Shown piece after piece: positions 13,110 to 25,215 of a stretch of 64,000 bases of DNA. The number at the start of each line of letters is the position of its first letter. Within the stretch, counting starts at the first letter, position 1. The notes below the pieces were generated by a model that saw nothing but the letters and a program-made list of their open reading frames with translations, was not told where the DNA came from and did not search any database. Made by a program: the position numbers and the translations under genes. This stretch comes from Camelus dromedarius (Eukaryota): contig NC_087472.1 in the NCBI RefSeq assembly GCF_036321535.1, forward strand, positions 91,700,001-91,764,000. Reading direction: 5' to 3'.

Positions 13110-13650
13110 AAAATACAGGTAAACAACTACATTTTAATTGTACATGTCCATGATTTTCCATGAACTGAACACTGTGAAAGTAACAGCCAGATCAAGAAAC
13201 AGAATATGGTCAGCACTATAGAGACCACCCTCCTACTTCCTTTCCATCACAAATCCTTGCCCTTCAAGGAAACCAGCATTCTTATTTCTATTTTTTTTTA
13301 TTGAAATATAGTCAGTTCACCATATTGTGTCAATTTCTGGTGTATAGCATAATGTTTCGGTCATATAAATACATATGTGTTCCTTTCCATATTCTTTTTC
13401 ATTATAGGTTACTACAAGATACTGGATATAGTTGCCTGTGCTATACAGTACAAACTTGTTGCCTATTTCTAATAGTATGTTTTTGTTTCACCAGTTTTAG
13501 TATTTTACATTAAAAGAATCACAGAATAGGTACTTTTCTGTCTCCTTTCACTCGGCACCAGGTCTGTGAGATTTATTCATGAGACTGAGAGTAGTTGTAG
13601 ATAGTTCATTCTCATTGTTGTCAAGTTTTTTTATTGTATGACTATGGCAT
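13110..13650 (-). mobile_element. Old L1 3' fragment containing a short young L1 3' end (13291-13463)
   Basis: Poly-T then TTGAAATATAGTCAGTTCAC...CCTGTGCTATACAGTA, flanked by the direct repeat TATTTCTA (13283-13290 and 13464-13471). Confidence 0.7.
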
Positions 13651-15854
13651 GATTTAGAGCAAGTTTTCAATATAAGCCTAATTATGAAATCCACTACTCT
13701 ACACAGTTTAGTCTCTAATAATAGAAGAAATGTTACAGGCATAAAGCATTTTTTGGTTGTTACAGGTTGCTCCCTATATCGCATTTTCTAAAGCTTAATC
13801 CAATGTAGCAAGCAATGAACCAATACAACAATTAATCAATAAAAGACATACAGAAATATGGTTGGGTAGTGTTGAACTTTTAGGACAAATACTTTATATA
13901 ACCACAGTTACATTAAAAATGAGGAATTGCTACACAAAGATATAGCTCTTGTAACAGACTTTATATATATACATATACATATACATATATATAGAGAGAG
14001 AGGTAATATTTCCCAGTTACCACAATCCACTTCCAAGTCATTATCTACTTAGAGTAACTAAATTAACTGTTCCTCATTACTTGCATATGTAAAGCTATCT
14101 ATTAACTAGCTTATTAAATTAATAAAGCAATGAAAAGTGACCAATGACTCCATTCATTTAACAGTTAGATGGATTTTCATCAAACTATTTATTGTATACC
14201 TACTATATGCCAGGCACTTTACTAGATGGAGCTTCTTTCCCTTAGAAATAGGCCTGCTTGTATGTCACTCTCCTGAGGCCACCACATTCGAGAAGCTATG
14301 ATATGAATGTGAGGATACATAAAAGGCCCTAATTTCAACCATTCTAAGACAATGTTAGTGAGTGAAGTTAAACCGGCTTTGAGGGGGGCCATCTTACATG
14401 TGAAAATAATGAGTCTTACATAGACGCAATGCTTTATCCTGTGTGCCTGAAAAATAATAGACTGGTTTTCCCACTAATGAGAAGTTCAGCTATAGTATGT
14501 AAGTAGAGGAAAGATTTTCCAATAGGGTTATAAATTGGGCATGCAGCCCACCAAAAGGGGGATAATAGAGGATAAGGGGGGAAAAGTCAGAGTATCCATT
14601 GTCAATAATCTGCAACACGAGACTACAGCGGAGACTTGATTTGCCTATGTTGGGTGTATCAGGGTGTATTGGTACAACCAAGGGCCTTGTGAATATTTAT
14701 AATGGACTTTTTCCCAACTAGTGCAAATCTGAGTTAACAAGTATTTCCAGGATGTACTTCTCTTTCCTTTTATAAGCCTCAGCTCATCAATCTAATTCAT
14801 CCCATTCCAATTCAGTGAACATCAAATGAATGCCTTCTGTGAGCTAGGAGGTGTGTTAAGCACTGGGGATCCACACAGGAGAACCCTGCTGGAAGAATAT
14901 ATCTGCTGCTTTTATCGCATAGGATAATTATGAAAAACCATACAAACTAATATGTTTGAAAAAACTAGTATAAAATGTACATTTTTTTAAAGTTTGTTTG
15001 TTCTTATTTCTGCCTTTAGACTTTTTCAACTAGACATGCATCTGTTAAAAATATTCTATTTTTGGAGGATACATTCTATTTATGGTTTATGGGGAATCAA
15101 CTTCTCATAGTGAGGAAGATGTACAAACACAAATAAGCAGAGAATTCATTCCAAATAGTCAAGCCTCTTATTAGTAACTAGTCATTCTGTATCCATAATA
15201 TGGTATTAAAACATATGCCCCAACCAATCATAGGGTATACTTCTCTCTTTCTCTCCCCACCCACTTCCCACCTCTCTCCCTCTCTCCTCTAAAGTGTTTC
15301 TGTAGAGGAAATCCAGTTACAATGGGATCAAGGGAATGTATGAAAGAGGGAAAAATGTTACTAAAGGCAAAATTACAGCTGGGAAGAAGAGGAAAGTTAT
15401 GCAAATTTTCCCTTCGGTTGATGGACTAATTATAGGGAAATGAGCTTTGAATTTTTAAAAGCATTCCTTGAGAATGATGCTTTTTCTTTGTCTAGCACCA
15501 TCTGTTAATAGGTATCATTCATTCTAGACAATTAGTGGCTCTCACAAAACAGTGGTCTTTATTTAATGCAATCATGTACTAAGAATTAATAGAAGTACTA
15601 TTATTTCAAGGGATTTTTTGGGGGGGGGGGATGGAGAGGATTAGACTTCATTCTCCACAAGTGTATACCTGGAGTTAAAAGAGAGCACCAGTTTTTTCTT
15701 GCCTTACATTTGGGACTTATGCAGACCCTTTATTGGTGGGATGGTAGGATTTTAGTTCACAGGTTTCTTTACTCTGTAGCAGAAGACCATACATTCATAT
15801 ATACATCATGGACCATTGTCACTGCGTTAAAAGTACTTATAGGAGGGGTGAGAT

Positions 15855-16510
15855 TCTCATTCTGGTAATGGAGAAGTGGCTCTTATTGGACCAGCCTTTC
15901 CACAGAAAACAACTTAAAACCTTGGACATAATATAAAAATCTACCTAAAGTCAATGGAGAATAACTAAAATCATACGAATATTCAAGGAGAGTCTACACT
16001 TGGAAGTAGTGAATGGAATGGGGTAAGTTTCTCCTTTTACAGCTTTTGGCTGAGGGCAGGCTATAGTCAGTCCTAAGTGAGGTGGCTAAAACTGACAACT
16101 AGAAAGTAAGAGAGAAATAGTAAAAAGGAGAGATCCAGTAAAGGAACTCCAAATGTTGCATATAAACTCTAACTTGAACTATTGTTCAGCTGACCCCCGA
16201 ACCATGCATGTGCAAGGCAAAAGTACAAGCAATCCAGCTAGGGCAAAAATAACACCATAAAATTCACCTGCTGCTCACTAAGGGGGAGATGGAGTTTGGA
16301 TTTCAAGTCCAGCCAAGTCAACTGCCTACTAAAATTTTAAAAAAATCAATGCTCCTTGAAGTAACATAACAGACTCCAGAGTCTGAACATCCTATTTTTC
16401 ATAACGTCCAGGATACTAGACATGAACAGTCTAGTATTAGACCCAAACTGTAGAGTAAAGGCAATCAACACAAACTGACCACAAGACCAGATGTTGCACT
16501 TAGCAGAGAT
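15855..16510 (+). mobile_element. Old L1 5' region (5'UTR/pre-ORF1, L1M-type)
   Basis: TTCTGGTAATGG...CCTTTCCACAGAAAACAACTTAAAACCTTGGACATAATATA start, and GACCAGATGTTGCACTTAGCAGAGATTTTAA at the end, resembling recalled L1M/L1ME 5' sequences. Confidence 0.55.
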
Positions 16511-17244
16511 TTTAACTGATTCTCTTTATTATTTAAAATCTGATTTATTCATGGATTTGGATTCTCAAGCACTTTTGTTGTTGTCTCGCCTCCTGTACTC
16601 TCCATCCATTTTGCAGCTTCTTGGGAAAGCAGTTTTAGGTTTTCCTGAAGATGAGTGATTTTGTCCAAACCATACAGTATTTCCCTCTGAACTTGGCTGA
16701 CATTCTGCCGAGAAGCTTTTAAGATGTTTTTGGTCTCAGCAACTTGGAACTGGAGGGATTGTGAGGATTCTTTGAGTAACTGCACCTGTACTTGAAGGCT
16801 AGCCATTATCACCCCATGAAATAAAAGTTTAGAGATCTCACTTTTTTGTTCTTTTTTGAGAAAGTCCCTAGGCGAAGAGGTGAACCTGGTCATATCTTTA
16901 TGAAATGCTGCTAAACACAGAGTTTGTAACTTCAGAGAACCGGCTACCTCTGGAAGTGACTTGAAGGCTTCATAGGCTTGTGTAAACAGTCTAATCATCT
17001 GAATGAATTCATAATATTCTTGAACCTAGACAGAAAATCTTTTGGCTGCCTCTTTTTTCTTCTGTAAAGTATGTTGTCTCTTTATCATAAAAACAATCAT
17101 GGCAGCACATACCAGTATCTTCCAGGAAAACCTAAAGACACTTAGAGCTTGACTCAAATATCTGGAAAACACCACCAAAGTACCATATAAGTGCTCTAGA
17201 ACCAGCTGGAAACACATTTTTATGGCAATCAGCCCACCATCCAT
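16504..17244 (-). pseudogene. CTAGE5: cTAGE5/MIA2 (TANGO1-family) processed pseudogene or decayed retrogene; N-terminal TM plus first coiled-coil only
   Basis: ORFs 17026-17298 and 16549-16998 are in the same frame, separated by one TAG. From the Kozak ATG (gagccATGG, 17244) the translation MDGG..LVLEHL..FSWKILVCAAMIVF..FSV*VQEYYEFIQMIRLFTQAYE..SQSLQFQVAETK..LQENLKLLSQEAAKWME..ENPNP*INQILNNKENQLKSL aligns colinearly with recalled human cTAGE5 (MEEP..LLLEEL..FPWELVICAAVVGF..SKSLKSQVAEAK..LQESQKQLLQEAEVWKE..AEQVLNDKESHIKTL). No introns. Confidence 0.88.
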
Positions 17245-20200
17245 GGCTCCAAAGGGCACTGCCGTTCTGCCTTTGATTGCCAGTATCCTGTGAGCCACAA
17301 CCCACCACAGAGACTCTTGGGGAATGTTCCGATTCTAACCCACACAAGTGCCTGGCAACAAGGACAGGGTATTGGTGGGGCTGGCAGAAGGAGAGGCCAG
17401 CTAGGTTCTGTAAAAGAGTATCCCAATTTTGCTCTGCTCCCCACTCAAAGAGAGAGTGGCATTAGCTGTACAGTGCATCAGGCATTTGGAGAAGTGGAAA
17501 GGGCTGGTGGCAGCCAGCCAGAGGAGGCCAACCAGTGAGTTCTGACCACACCAGGCTGTCTGGTCTTACAATAAACCAGAGTCAAATCAGTCCCAGGCGC
17601 AAACACCTTTGAGCATGTCAGGGCATAATGGTGATGCATGCTGTAGTAGAGGACGCATGTGCCCACATCTTTGGGTGGGGCTCATTCTCCTGATTAAAAG
17701 TTTCCTTTTACAACATGGGAGCCTAATCTTGCTTAGTTTCACCAAAGGTAGTAACTAAGAGACCTGGTTTTCAATTGTAAGGATTTGGGAAAATCAACTG
17801 AAACTGGCAATGTCTTAAAATTTCAAGAATTTTTTGTGGATCCAGTTTTTTTCCTGTGCAATTCCAGTCTCCTGGAAGAGGATGACTCTCTTTTAGTGCT
17901 GACTCAGTGATCCAGGCTACTTCCCTCATGTGGCCCTGCTATCTCCAGCACGAGCCACCCAAGGTTGACCTGGAGACAGTTTCCCATCCACTCAGTCATC
18001 TTCAGAAATGTGGTGATTCTTCTAGCTGAAATTGTCATCTTTTTTTTTTTTTAAACGACTTCTCACTCTCCTAGTATTTTTCTGGCAGAGTGAGACTGAG
18101 AGTCTCTTTGTCCAACATTCAGGCTTACCACGAGTGACTCACCCTCAACACTTTTATTTTTATTATTATTTTTTCATTCCCAATACTTTTACCATGAGAA
18201 AATGGTAGGTCTGTCAGCCAAATCCCATCTGGGGGTCTTAGAGGGTGCCGGGGTTTGGGTTGCAGGTCCCCTTGTGGATGTGGAGAATAGAGACACTGGT
18301 CAAGGGAGGAGGTGCCCAAATGCCTGATGAAGTGATTTTTTGAAAAACTGAGATAATATTGGTTTACAAATTCCATGTGTACAACATTACATTTGAGAAT
18401 CTGAGGCACTCATAGGACTACAGCCACCAGCAGAAGCCACAGGATTTACCCAAGGATTCAACTGCCACCACTACCATGTCCACATCTATTCCCTGGAATG
18501 GGCTATGCCAAGGGAGCTCTAGAGTGGCTGCCTATGCAGTGACATCTCAGCCTAGAATCTATTGGCTCAGTAAGGCAGAAGCAGTGGCTCTGTGGAACAG
18601 CGAGGGATTTGAGGCCATCTCTGGTGTCAGCAAGTGTGAGGTGACCTTGGCACACATCTGTGGATTGCTTATCCGTGTACCTGTGACAGGCTGATGTGAT
18701 TCTGTGGTCAGGGACAGACAGTGGCACACATAGAAAGTCCAAAGTATAACAAGTGTGGTGCACTGATAGGACAGTGGAATAAGCAGCCTGATGGGGCAGA
18801 GGTTACTAACATGTCAGTGTAAGCCACTGCAGCCAGCCCATGGGCTTGCCCTTGGAGATAAGAACAACCACGTAGATGTAAATCAGCTCACTGACCTGGC
18901 CATATCCTCCAAACCACTGATTTCAGCATCTATCAGGCACCTGATCACATCTGTGTTCAATAGAAATCTGTTATATTTTCAGTGAAGATTTAAAGAGGGT
19001 CTTTGACAATCCAGTGTTTAAGACAGTGCCTGGCAAATGGTAGGCACCAAGTATCTGTGAAGTGACTAAACAAATACTCCAGGGAATGAATGCTCTGTCA
19101 GAGTAAAGAGATAATAATGAGGACAGTAATGGAATTAGCATTTATCGGGTGCTTACTCTGTGCCGAGCACTGAGCTAAACAATTACATGAATTACCTTAT
19201 TTAATTTTCCCAATGCAGTTGTGAGCCAGGTTCTATGATTGTCCCCATTTAACATATGAGGAACATGAGGCACAGAAAGCTTCAAGAGATGTATAATATG
19301 TACTTTATGCATACTTTTGGCTACTTAAGTAATAATCAAGGAGCATAAATTCTAATCACTGCTTCAAGAATCATGCGTGCCTGGGCACACACCCAAAAAT
19401 GGGACTTCCCAGATAACCATTCCATAATTAAGATTGGAATCCCCTAAAATTGTGTACAGTAACTGAGACTGGAACACTTATGAAGAAACTGCATGAACCC
19501 ACACACGATAAACCAGAGGACAAATTCTTATAATATAGAAGAGCTGAGAGCTCTGGGGGATGGTGGGATGCTAGTGGGGTGCAGGAATTTTTTTTTAAAA
19601 CGCCACTAGAAACTCCCATAAAAAATACTTTTGAAGCAGAAATGAAATGACACTTCCCGACAAAGGGACTGGAAAAGAACATAAACCAAACGGCTGAGTC
19701 ACACACTGCAAATTCCAGCTGCAGCTCTGAATCAAAAGGTACATAAACCAAAGAAATGTTGGGAAAATACAGGTCTTTTCTGTCACATCCAATGGCAACT
19801 TCAATCAGTAGGCATGTCACAATTAGCCACGGAATCGAGTATAGAAGGTTGAGTTGTTGCTAAGTGAGCACCCCAAGGTCCTTATGGGCACATTTTAGAA
19901 ACAGAATGCTAAAGAGATGAAAACTGGCTTGGTGATAAGGAAGAGAATGGAGACCTAGATTTACTTATTTGACTTGAGTGATCTGTTCTATCAGAGATGA
20001 TAGATTTATACACTTGCATGGGAATCGACAACTGAAACTTCCTGCAATAATAAGTGTGACTTCAGTATATATTTTTGCCTTTCATACGGAAAAGGCTTTG
20101 AAGGGCAGTGCAGTACAAATGAGAGGTATCTTTATTCAAGCTTCGTCCAGTGCATTTATAGACTATTCGGCACTTGCTCTCACACTAACCTGAGACAATT

Positions 20201-20247
20201 CTGGTCTAATTTAGCAAAACTTCATAGTTTCAAAGATTACTCTAAAT

Positions 20248-20458
20248 CAAGGACCAACAATTTTTTTTTAACCTAAAGGACCGGATAGTAAATAGTTTAG
20301 GTTTTTCAGGACATAAACTGTCTGTATTGCATATTATTCATTGTTTCTATTTTTTAAAAAACCCTTTAAAAATGTAAAAAACATTGTTAGCTCAAGGGCC
20401 ATACAAAAACAGCCCAATGGCTGGATTTGGCCCTTGGGCCATAGTTTGCCATCTCTTT
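20248..20458. mobile_element. hAT-Charlie MITE (MER58-like)
   Basis: TAAAGGACCGGATAGTAAATAGTTTAGG ... GGCTGGATTTGGCCCTTGGGCCATAGTTTGCC. Confidence 0.7.
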
Positions 20459-21016
20459 ACTAAATCACTGAAAAAGTGGATGTGTGGGTGAGAAATGTAC
20501 CATGAGGTATGTATATAATTGAATACACACATATGCGTTTACATACATGTCAAGTACATGAGTTTGTTTGTTCTCTTTCCCTTTAGAAAATAAATTCCTT
20601 CTATGTAGAGACTTCGCTGCTACTTTTTACAGTTCTCCAAAACAGCAAGAAATGAATTCTACATGCAGTGGATCTCAATAAATACAGACTGACAGACTAT
20701 TATAAAGAAAATAGCCTATGTTAAAAGACCATGGCCAGTGAAAATTTCAGTTTTTCTTTTCTCAGTTGGAAAAAAAATGACAATTTTTCTTTCTCCTTAA
20801 CACTTTCTCCTAGAAATACGTGATGTTTAACGTTCCAGTCTATGTGTACTCAGTAACGCTACTGTCATCATCAACATCAACACTACTATTTTAATGTTTT
20901 ATATCATAAATGATGACTTTCAAAACACTTTCTGCACATTATCCCCTATTAGTCTTGACATCAAAAATCCTGTGCATTTTCAGAGACTATAGTTTCACAT
21001 TAACAGAGAAACAGTA

Positions 21017-21167
21017 GAGGGGGAGGGTATAGTGCAGTGGTAGAGTACATGCCTAGCAAGTGCAGGGCCCTGGGTTCAATCCCCAGCACGACCATTAAAA
21101 AGAAATAAATGAACAAATAAACTTAATTACCTCCCCCTCCAATAAAAATAAATTTATTTTTAAAAAG
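21017..21167 (+). mobile_element. tRNA-Ala-derived camelid SINE (vic-1 type)
   Basis: GGGGGAGGGTATAGTGCAGTGGTAGAG (A box) ... GGTTCAATCCC (B box), followed by an A-rich tail. Exact 12-bp TSD AGAGAAACAGTA at 21005-21016 and 21168-21179. Confidence 0.9.
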
Positions 21168-22221
21168 AGAGAAACAGTAAACAAATTTCAGAAGCTCCAC
21201 ATGCCCTGATGTCAAAATTTAGCTAGACTAACAGCTCAAAATCTACCATTTGTACACGAAATCTACCATTTAGCACAATAAAAACTTAAAGCAAATAAAT
21301 AGGGAAGATGTTTATTTTTCCATATAATTATCTAAGTGTCTAATTGGATCAAGGAAAAGGACTGAGGATTTCAGAAGAGGAAATATGTACAGGAACTAGA
21401 GCCTCAGTAGCTTTCCATTTTATGAATCAATTGGTTTTTTGGTCATATTTGGTCATATTTTGACTGCAGAAATCTGCCTGGGCTTTTCTGCCTCTGGGCT
21501 TTATTTATTTATTTATTCTCACTGCATTGAAGGGCCATCATGTATTCTCATCATGCATTTTTAAAAACTACTGCTGAGACGTTTTCACATTCAGTGCTAT
21601 AATAAACATTTTATTATTGAACTCTGGTGTGTTCTCCTTCCCTCTAAAGATATCTGAAGTTATATATCACTAAGAATAAAAATATAGTCTTCCTGGTGCA
21701 GGAAGTTTTTATTTACAATCATTCAAAATGCCAGCATTATGAGATAAGCTATCAGAGAAGATGTTGACAACAACAGCCAATATGTACCATGTAGTCTGTG
21801 CTCCACAAGTTTTTGTGCTATTATTCACAGCTGGGGCCTGCAGTTATCATACCCTTTCCTTCAAATCACCACCACTTATGGTTTCAAAGGCAATTTTCAA
21901 GGTTGAGAAATGAAAGGGATGGGACACTGTGATATGGCAACTCTGTCTCTTTCTGTCCCAGCTCTGTCTCGTCATTGATCCTTTCTGCTAGTTCTTGGTC
22001 TTGTTCTCGTGCAACTTCACCAATGAATCTTTTTACCCAATTCTACACCCCAGAAACTCATCTGTCGCTATTTCCTTCCTTCTGTCCCCAAAGGTACATG
22101 GGAATTATGTTTGTAATGTACTTATAACCCATTAAATAAACTAGAAGTTCTCGGTTTCTTTCAAAATTACATCTAAATACCTGTTCTTTGATTTCGAGGT
22201 TTTTCATAAATTTTTTCTGTT

Positions 22222-22519
22222 TCAAAAACTGAGATATAATGACATATAACATTATATTCATTTCAGATGTATAACATGATTAGATATTTGTATATATTAA
22301 GAAAAGCTCACCACAGTATGTCTAGTTAACATCCATCACCACATACAGTTACACAATTTTTTCTTGTTATGAGAACTTTTAAGATCTACTCTTTCAGCAA
22401 TTTTCAAATATACAGTATTTTAAACTATGTCTGTACGCTACATCCCCATGACTTGTTACTTCATATCTTTTAATCACCTTCAACCATTTCACCTAAGCCC
22501 CACCCCCTGCCTCTGGCAA
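22222..22519 (-). mobile_element. L1MA/MB-type 3' end
   Basis: TGAGATATAATGACATATAAC...GAGAACTTTTAAGATCTACTCTTTCAGCAATTTTCAAATATACAGT...CCCCTGCCTCTGGCAA. Confidence 0.75.
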
Positions 22520-23179
22520 GGTCTTTCAAAATTTGATGCTTCTTACTAGCTAAGTTTTCTATAAATAAACTTGGTAAATTGCTAAATTTTATATAGCTTG
22601 TAGACAAAGTTCATTTCCAGAGAGCAGTCTCACCATCAACTGCTGATAATGGACATACACTGAGTTCAGAATCTATTAGGGGAATGAAAACAAATAAACC
22701 AAAAATAGTCTTTCCCCATGGTGTCACCTATTTAGCTCATACCAGGCTTATCTAGGTAAACATCTATGAGGTCATTCTCTCTCCTGTCCCTTCTCTTCCT
22801 TTCTAAAAGTGACCTCAGTCAAGGCTTTGGGTCCACTCTAGGAGTTGTGACTTCAGATTCTTCACATTGAAACATTCACAAGTCATATCATATTCTCTTG
22901 CCATGACCACAACTATATAGCTTCATTTTAATGGACTTTTATGCTAACAAAGTCTCTCTTTGTTCTTCGTCTAACCAGTAAAAGGTGAAGAACATCTTGC
23001 CACATTTATCCAAAAATCATCTTTCCACGTTGTTGGTCACCTCACCAACACCCTAAGGCTTCAGATTTATTCTTCATTTACCAACTTAGCTCATGTGTTT
23101 TTCTTTCCCAGAACCTCTCTTCCCCTGCACTTATTTCAGTCCCTCAGAGCCTGGATCCACATTGGCCCTCATGGAACCT

Positions 23180-23630
23180 TCTGTTTCAGCGTAACAATTC
23201 ACTGCATACTTAGTGGCATCAGACAATATTTATTATGCTTGAGATTTTTATGGGTCAGGAATTCGGTCAGGAACCACCAGGGGTAGGTAGTTCTCATTCC
23301 ACAATGACTGGGGTCTTCGCTGGGTGGTATGAATGGCTACACATGCCTGCAACGGCTCCATTCAAGGCCTGTGTGTGAGGGCTTGGTTCTGGCTGCTGGC
23401 TGCTGGCTGCTGGCTGCCTTCCATATTCTTCACATCACATTGTTGAAAACAAGAAACTCTAAGATGGCTTCTTCATTTTCATGTCTGGTGTCTGTCTGCA
23501 CTGGGATGGCTGGAATGCTGAGACTAGCCAAATATCTTTTCATGTAGCCTTTCCATGTGCTGAGTTTGGACTCCCTCATAACATGCAAGTCTCAGGGTAC
23601 TCAGACTTCTTTCCTGGTTCCCCCAAAGCA
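23180..23630 (-). mobile_element. MaLR LTR fragment (MLT1-like)
   Basis: GCGTAACAA...ACTTAGTGGC...TATTTATTATG...TGGGTCAGGAATTCGG and TCCCTCATAACATG...TCTCAGGGTACTCAGACTTCTT. Confidence 0.6.
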
Positions 23631-23664
23631 GTAAGAGTGTAAACAGGTAATCAAAATGGCGGTA

Positions 23665-24470
23665 GAAGATATTTCCAATACATATAACTGACAAAGGCTC
23701 TTATTTTGAATATATTTTAAAAACCACTATAAGTCCTTAAGAAAAAGAGCGACAACCCAATAGAAAAATGAGTGAGGTAACTGAATGGGTACTTCACAAA
23801 ACAGGGTTACATAATGGCTAATAAACATATAAAAGAAGTTAAGTCTCACAGCAGGGGAATGCAAGATGAACACAACATGACATCAGCAGTCAGTCGCCAG
23901 AGTGGGTAAAATGAAGAAGACTGAAAACACCAAGAGAAGACAAGGATGTGCACAGCTGGAATTCTCATATACTCCTGGGGATAAACTGACCACAAGCACT
24001 GTGGGAAACAGCCTGGCATTATCCACCAAAGTTGAGGATGCACATTCCCTATGACCCAGCAATTGAAAATAAATAAACCACAGCTATACACTCCAACATG
24101 GATGACTCTCACAGACATAATGCTGAGCATGAAACAATACATGCTGCATCATTCCATTTAAATACAGTTGAAAAGAGTCTTCTAAACTACAGTGTTCAAG
24201 AACTCATGAGTAAACTGAACAACTATAATGAAATACAAGGAAGTAGTTACCATGTGCGTCAGGATAATGGTTACTCCGGGGAGAAAGAAAGTCATAGGGA
24301 GGAAACATGAGGGTGACTTTTAGGGTCCAGCAATATTCCATCTCTTGGACTAGATGGTGGTAACACGGATGTTTGTTTTATGACAGACTATTTAGCAGTA
24401 CGTTCGTGCTTTGCGCATTCTCTAGTAAGTATGCTGTATTTTACAGCTAAAAAGATTAAAAAGTAAAATT
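23665..24470 (+). mobile_element. Old L1 (L1ME-type) ORF2 end and 3'UTR
   Basis: AAGAAAAAGAGCGACAACCCAATAGAAAAATG, CCCTATGACCCAGCAATT and related degenerate L1 motifs. Confidence 0.75.
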
Positions 24471-25187
24471 AAAAAATTATTCACATTTTTCTTGTGTTGT
24501 CTCTGTCTAGATTTGTGCTATACTTTATTTTATTATTTTATTTTACTGTCTCCTGAGTATGACCTTCCTGGCCAGTTTCTGTAGATTGGGAGGGAACAGG
24601 TATCACTCTACTTTGACTGGTTTTCATGGCGCAGTTCCTTTTATCAGTTGCCGTAAAACCAGGCTGCATCCTAAAAATGTGTCTTATTTCCATGATTCTC
24701 CATGAAGCCTTAACTGCCTGGTTTTTCTGAACTAACTGAATCTGGCAAGCAGCAGGGCCTGTGAAGGGGTGAGGAGGGGAACCCTGCTACCACCTGGATC
24801 TCCCATATTCTGCATTGTTTTTTACAGAAAAGTAGCTTTTGCCCTTCAGCATGCTTTGGTCCCCCTCGATAAGCGTATTTTCTGTAAGTGATTTCTGACA
24901 ACTGCAGTGCATGCAGCTACACTCACAGCAGAGCATATATCTGATATACAAAAAATAAACCTGGTGGTAGATTTTGTCTTTGCAGTTATTTTTATAAGAA
25001 CTTTCCCAACCACCAAAAATGTATTTTTTTTAATTTGGTTAATTCTTCTGTCACAGAAAGAATTTTTAAACTTACTTCGATAAATTTACATTAAAGAAAA
25101 GTGCAGTATATTTAACATCAACTAATTGTGAGCATTTAACTACCAACCAAGCACATATCTTTTTTCCCCCTTTATATTTTCTTGCAG

Positions 25188-25215
25188 GTTTCGTGATGAC
25201 AAGAAGCTAAACTGA
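25188..25215 (+). CDS. Putative terminal coding exon ..FRDDKKLN* of an unidentified gene
   Basis: Strong acceptor tcttttttccccctttatattttcttgcag|G, then G TTT CGT GAT GAC AAG AAG CTA AAC TGA. The frame is assumed; the other two frames also stop within 8 codons. Confidence 0.3.

Noticed and set aside
17245..17298. ORF-track start (MAHRIL...) for the cTAGE5-like ORF
   Set aside because: This start is a GTG. The ATG at 17244 has a strong Kozak context and aligns gaplessly with the recalled cTAGE5 initiator Met.
21017..21095. tRNA-Ala-like gene (also 61694-61769)
   Set aside because: Both have SINE tails and TSDs and mismatched stems; they are tRNA-derived SINEs, not tRNA genes.
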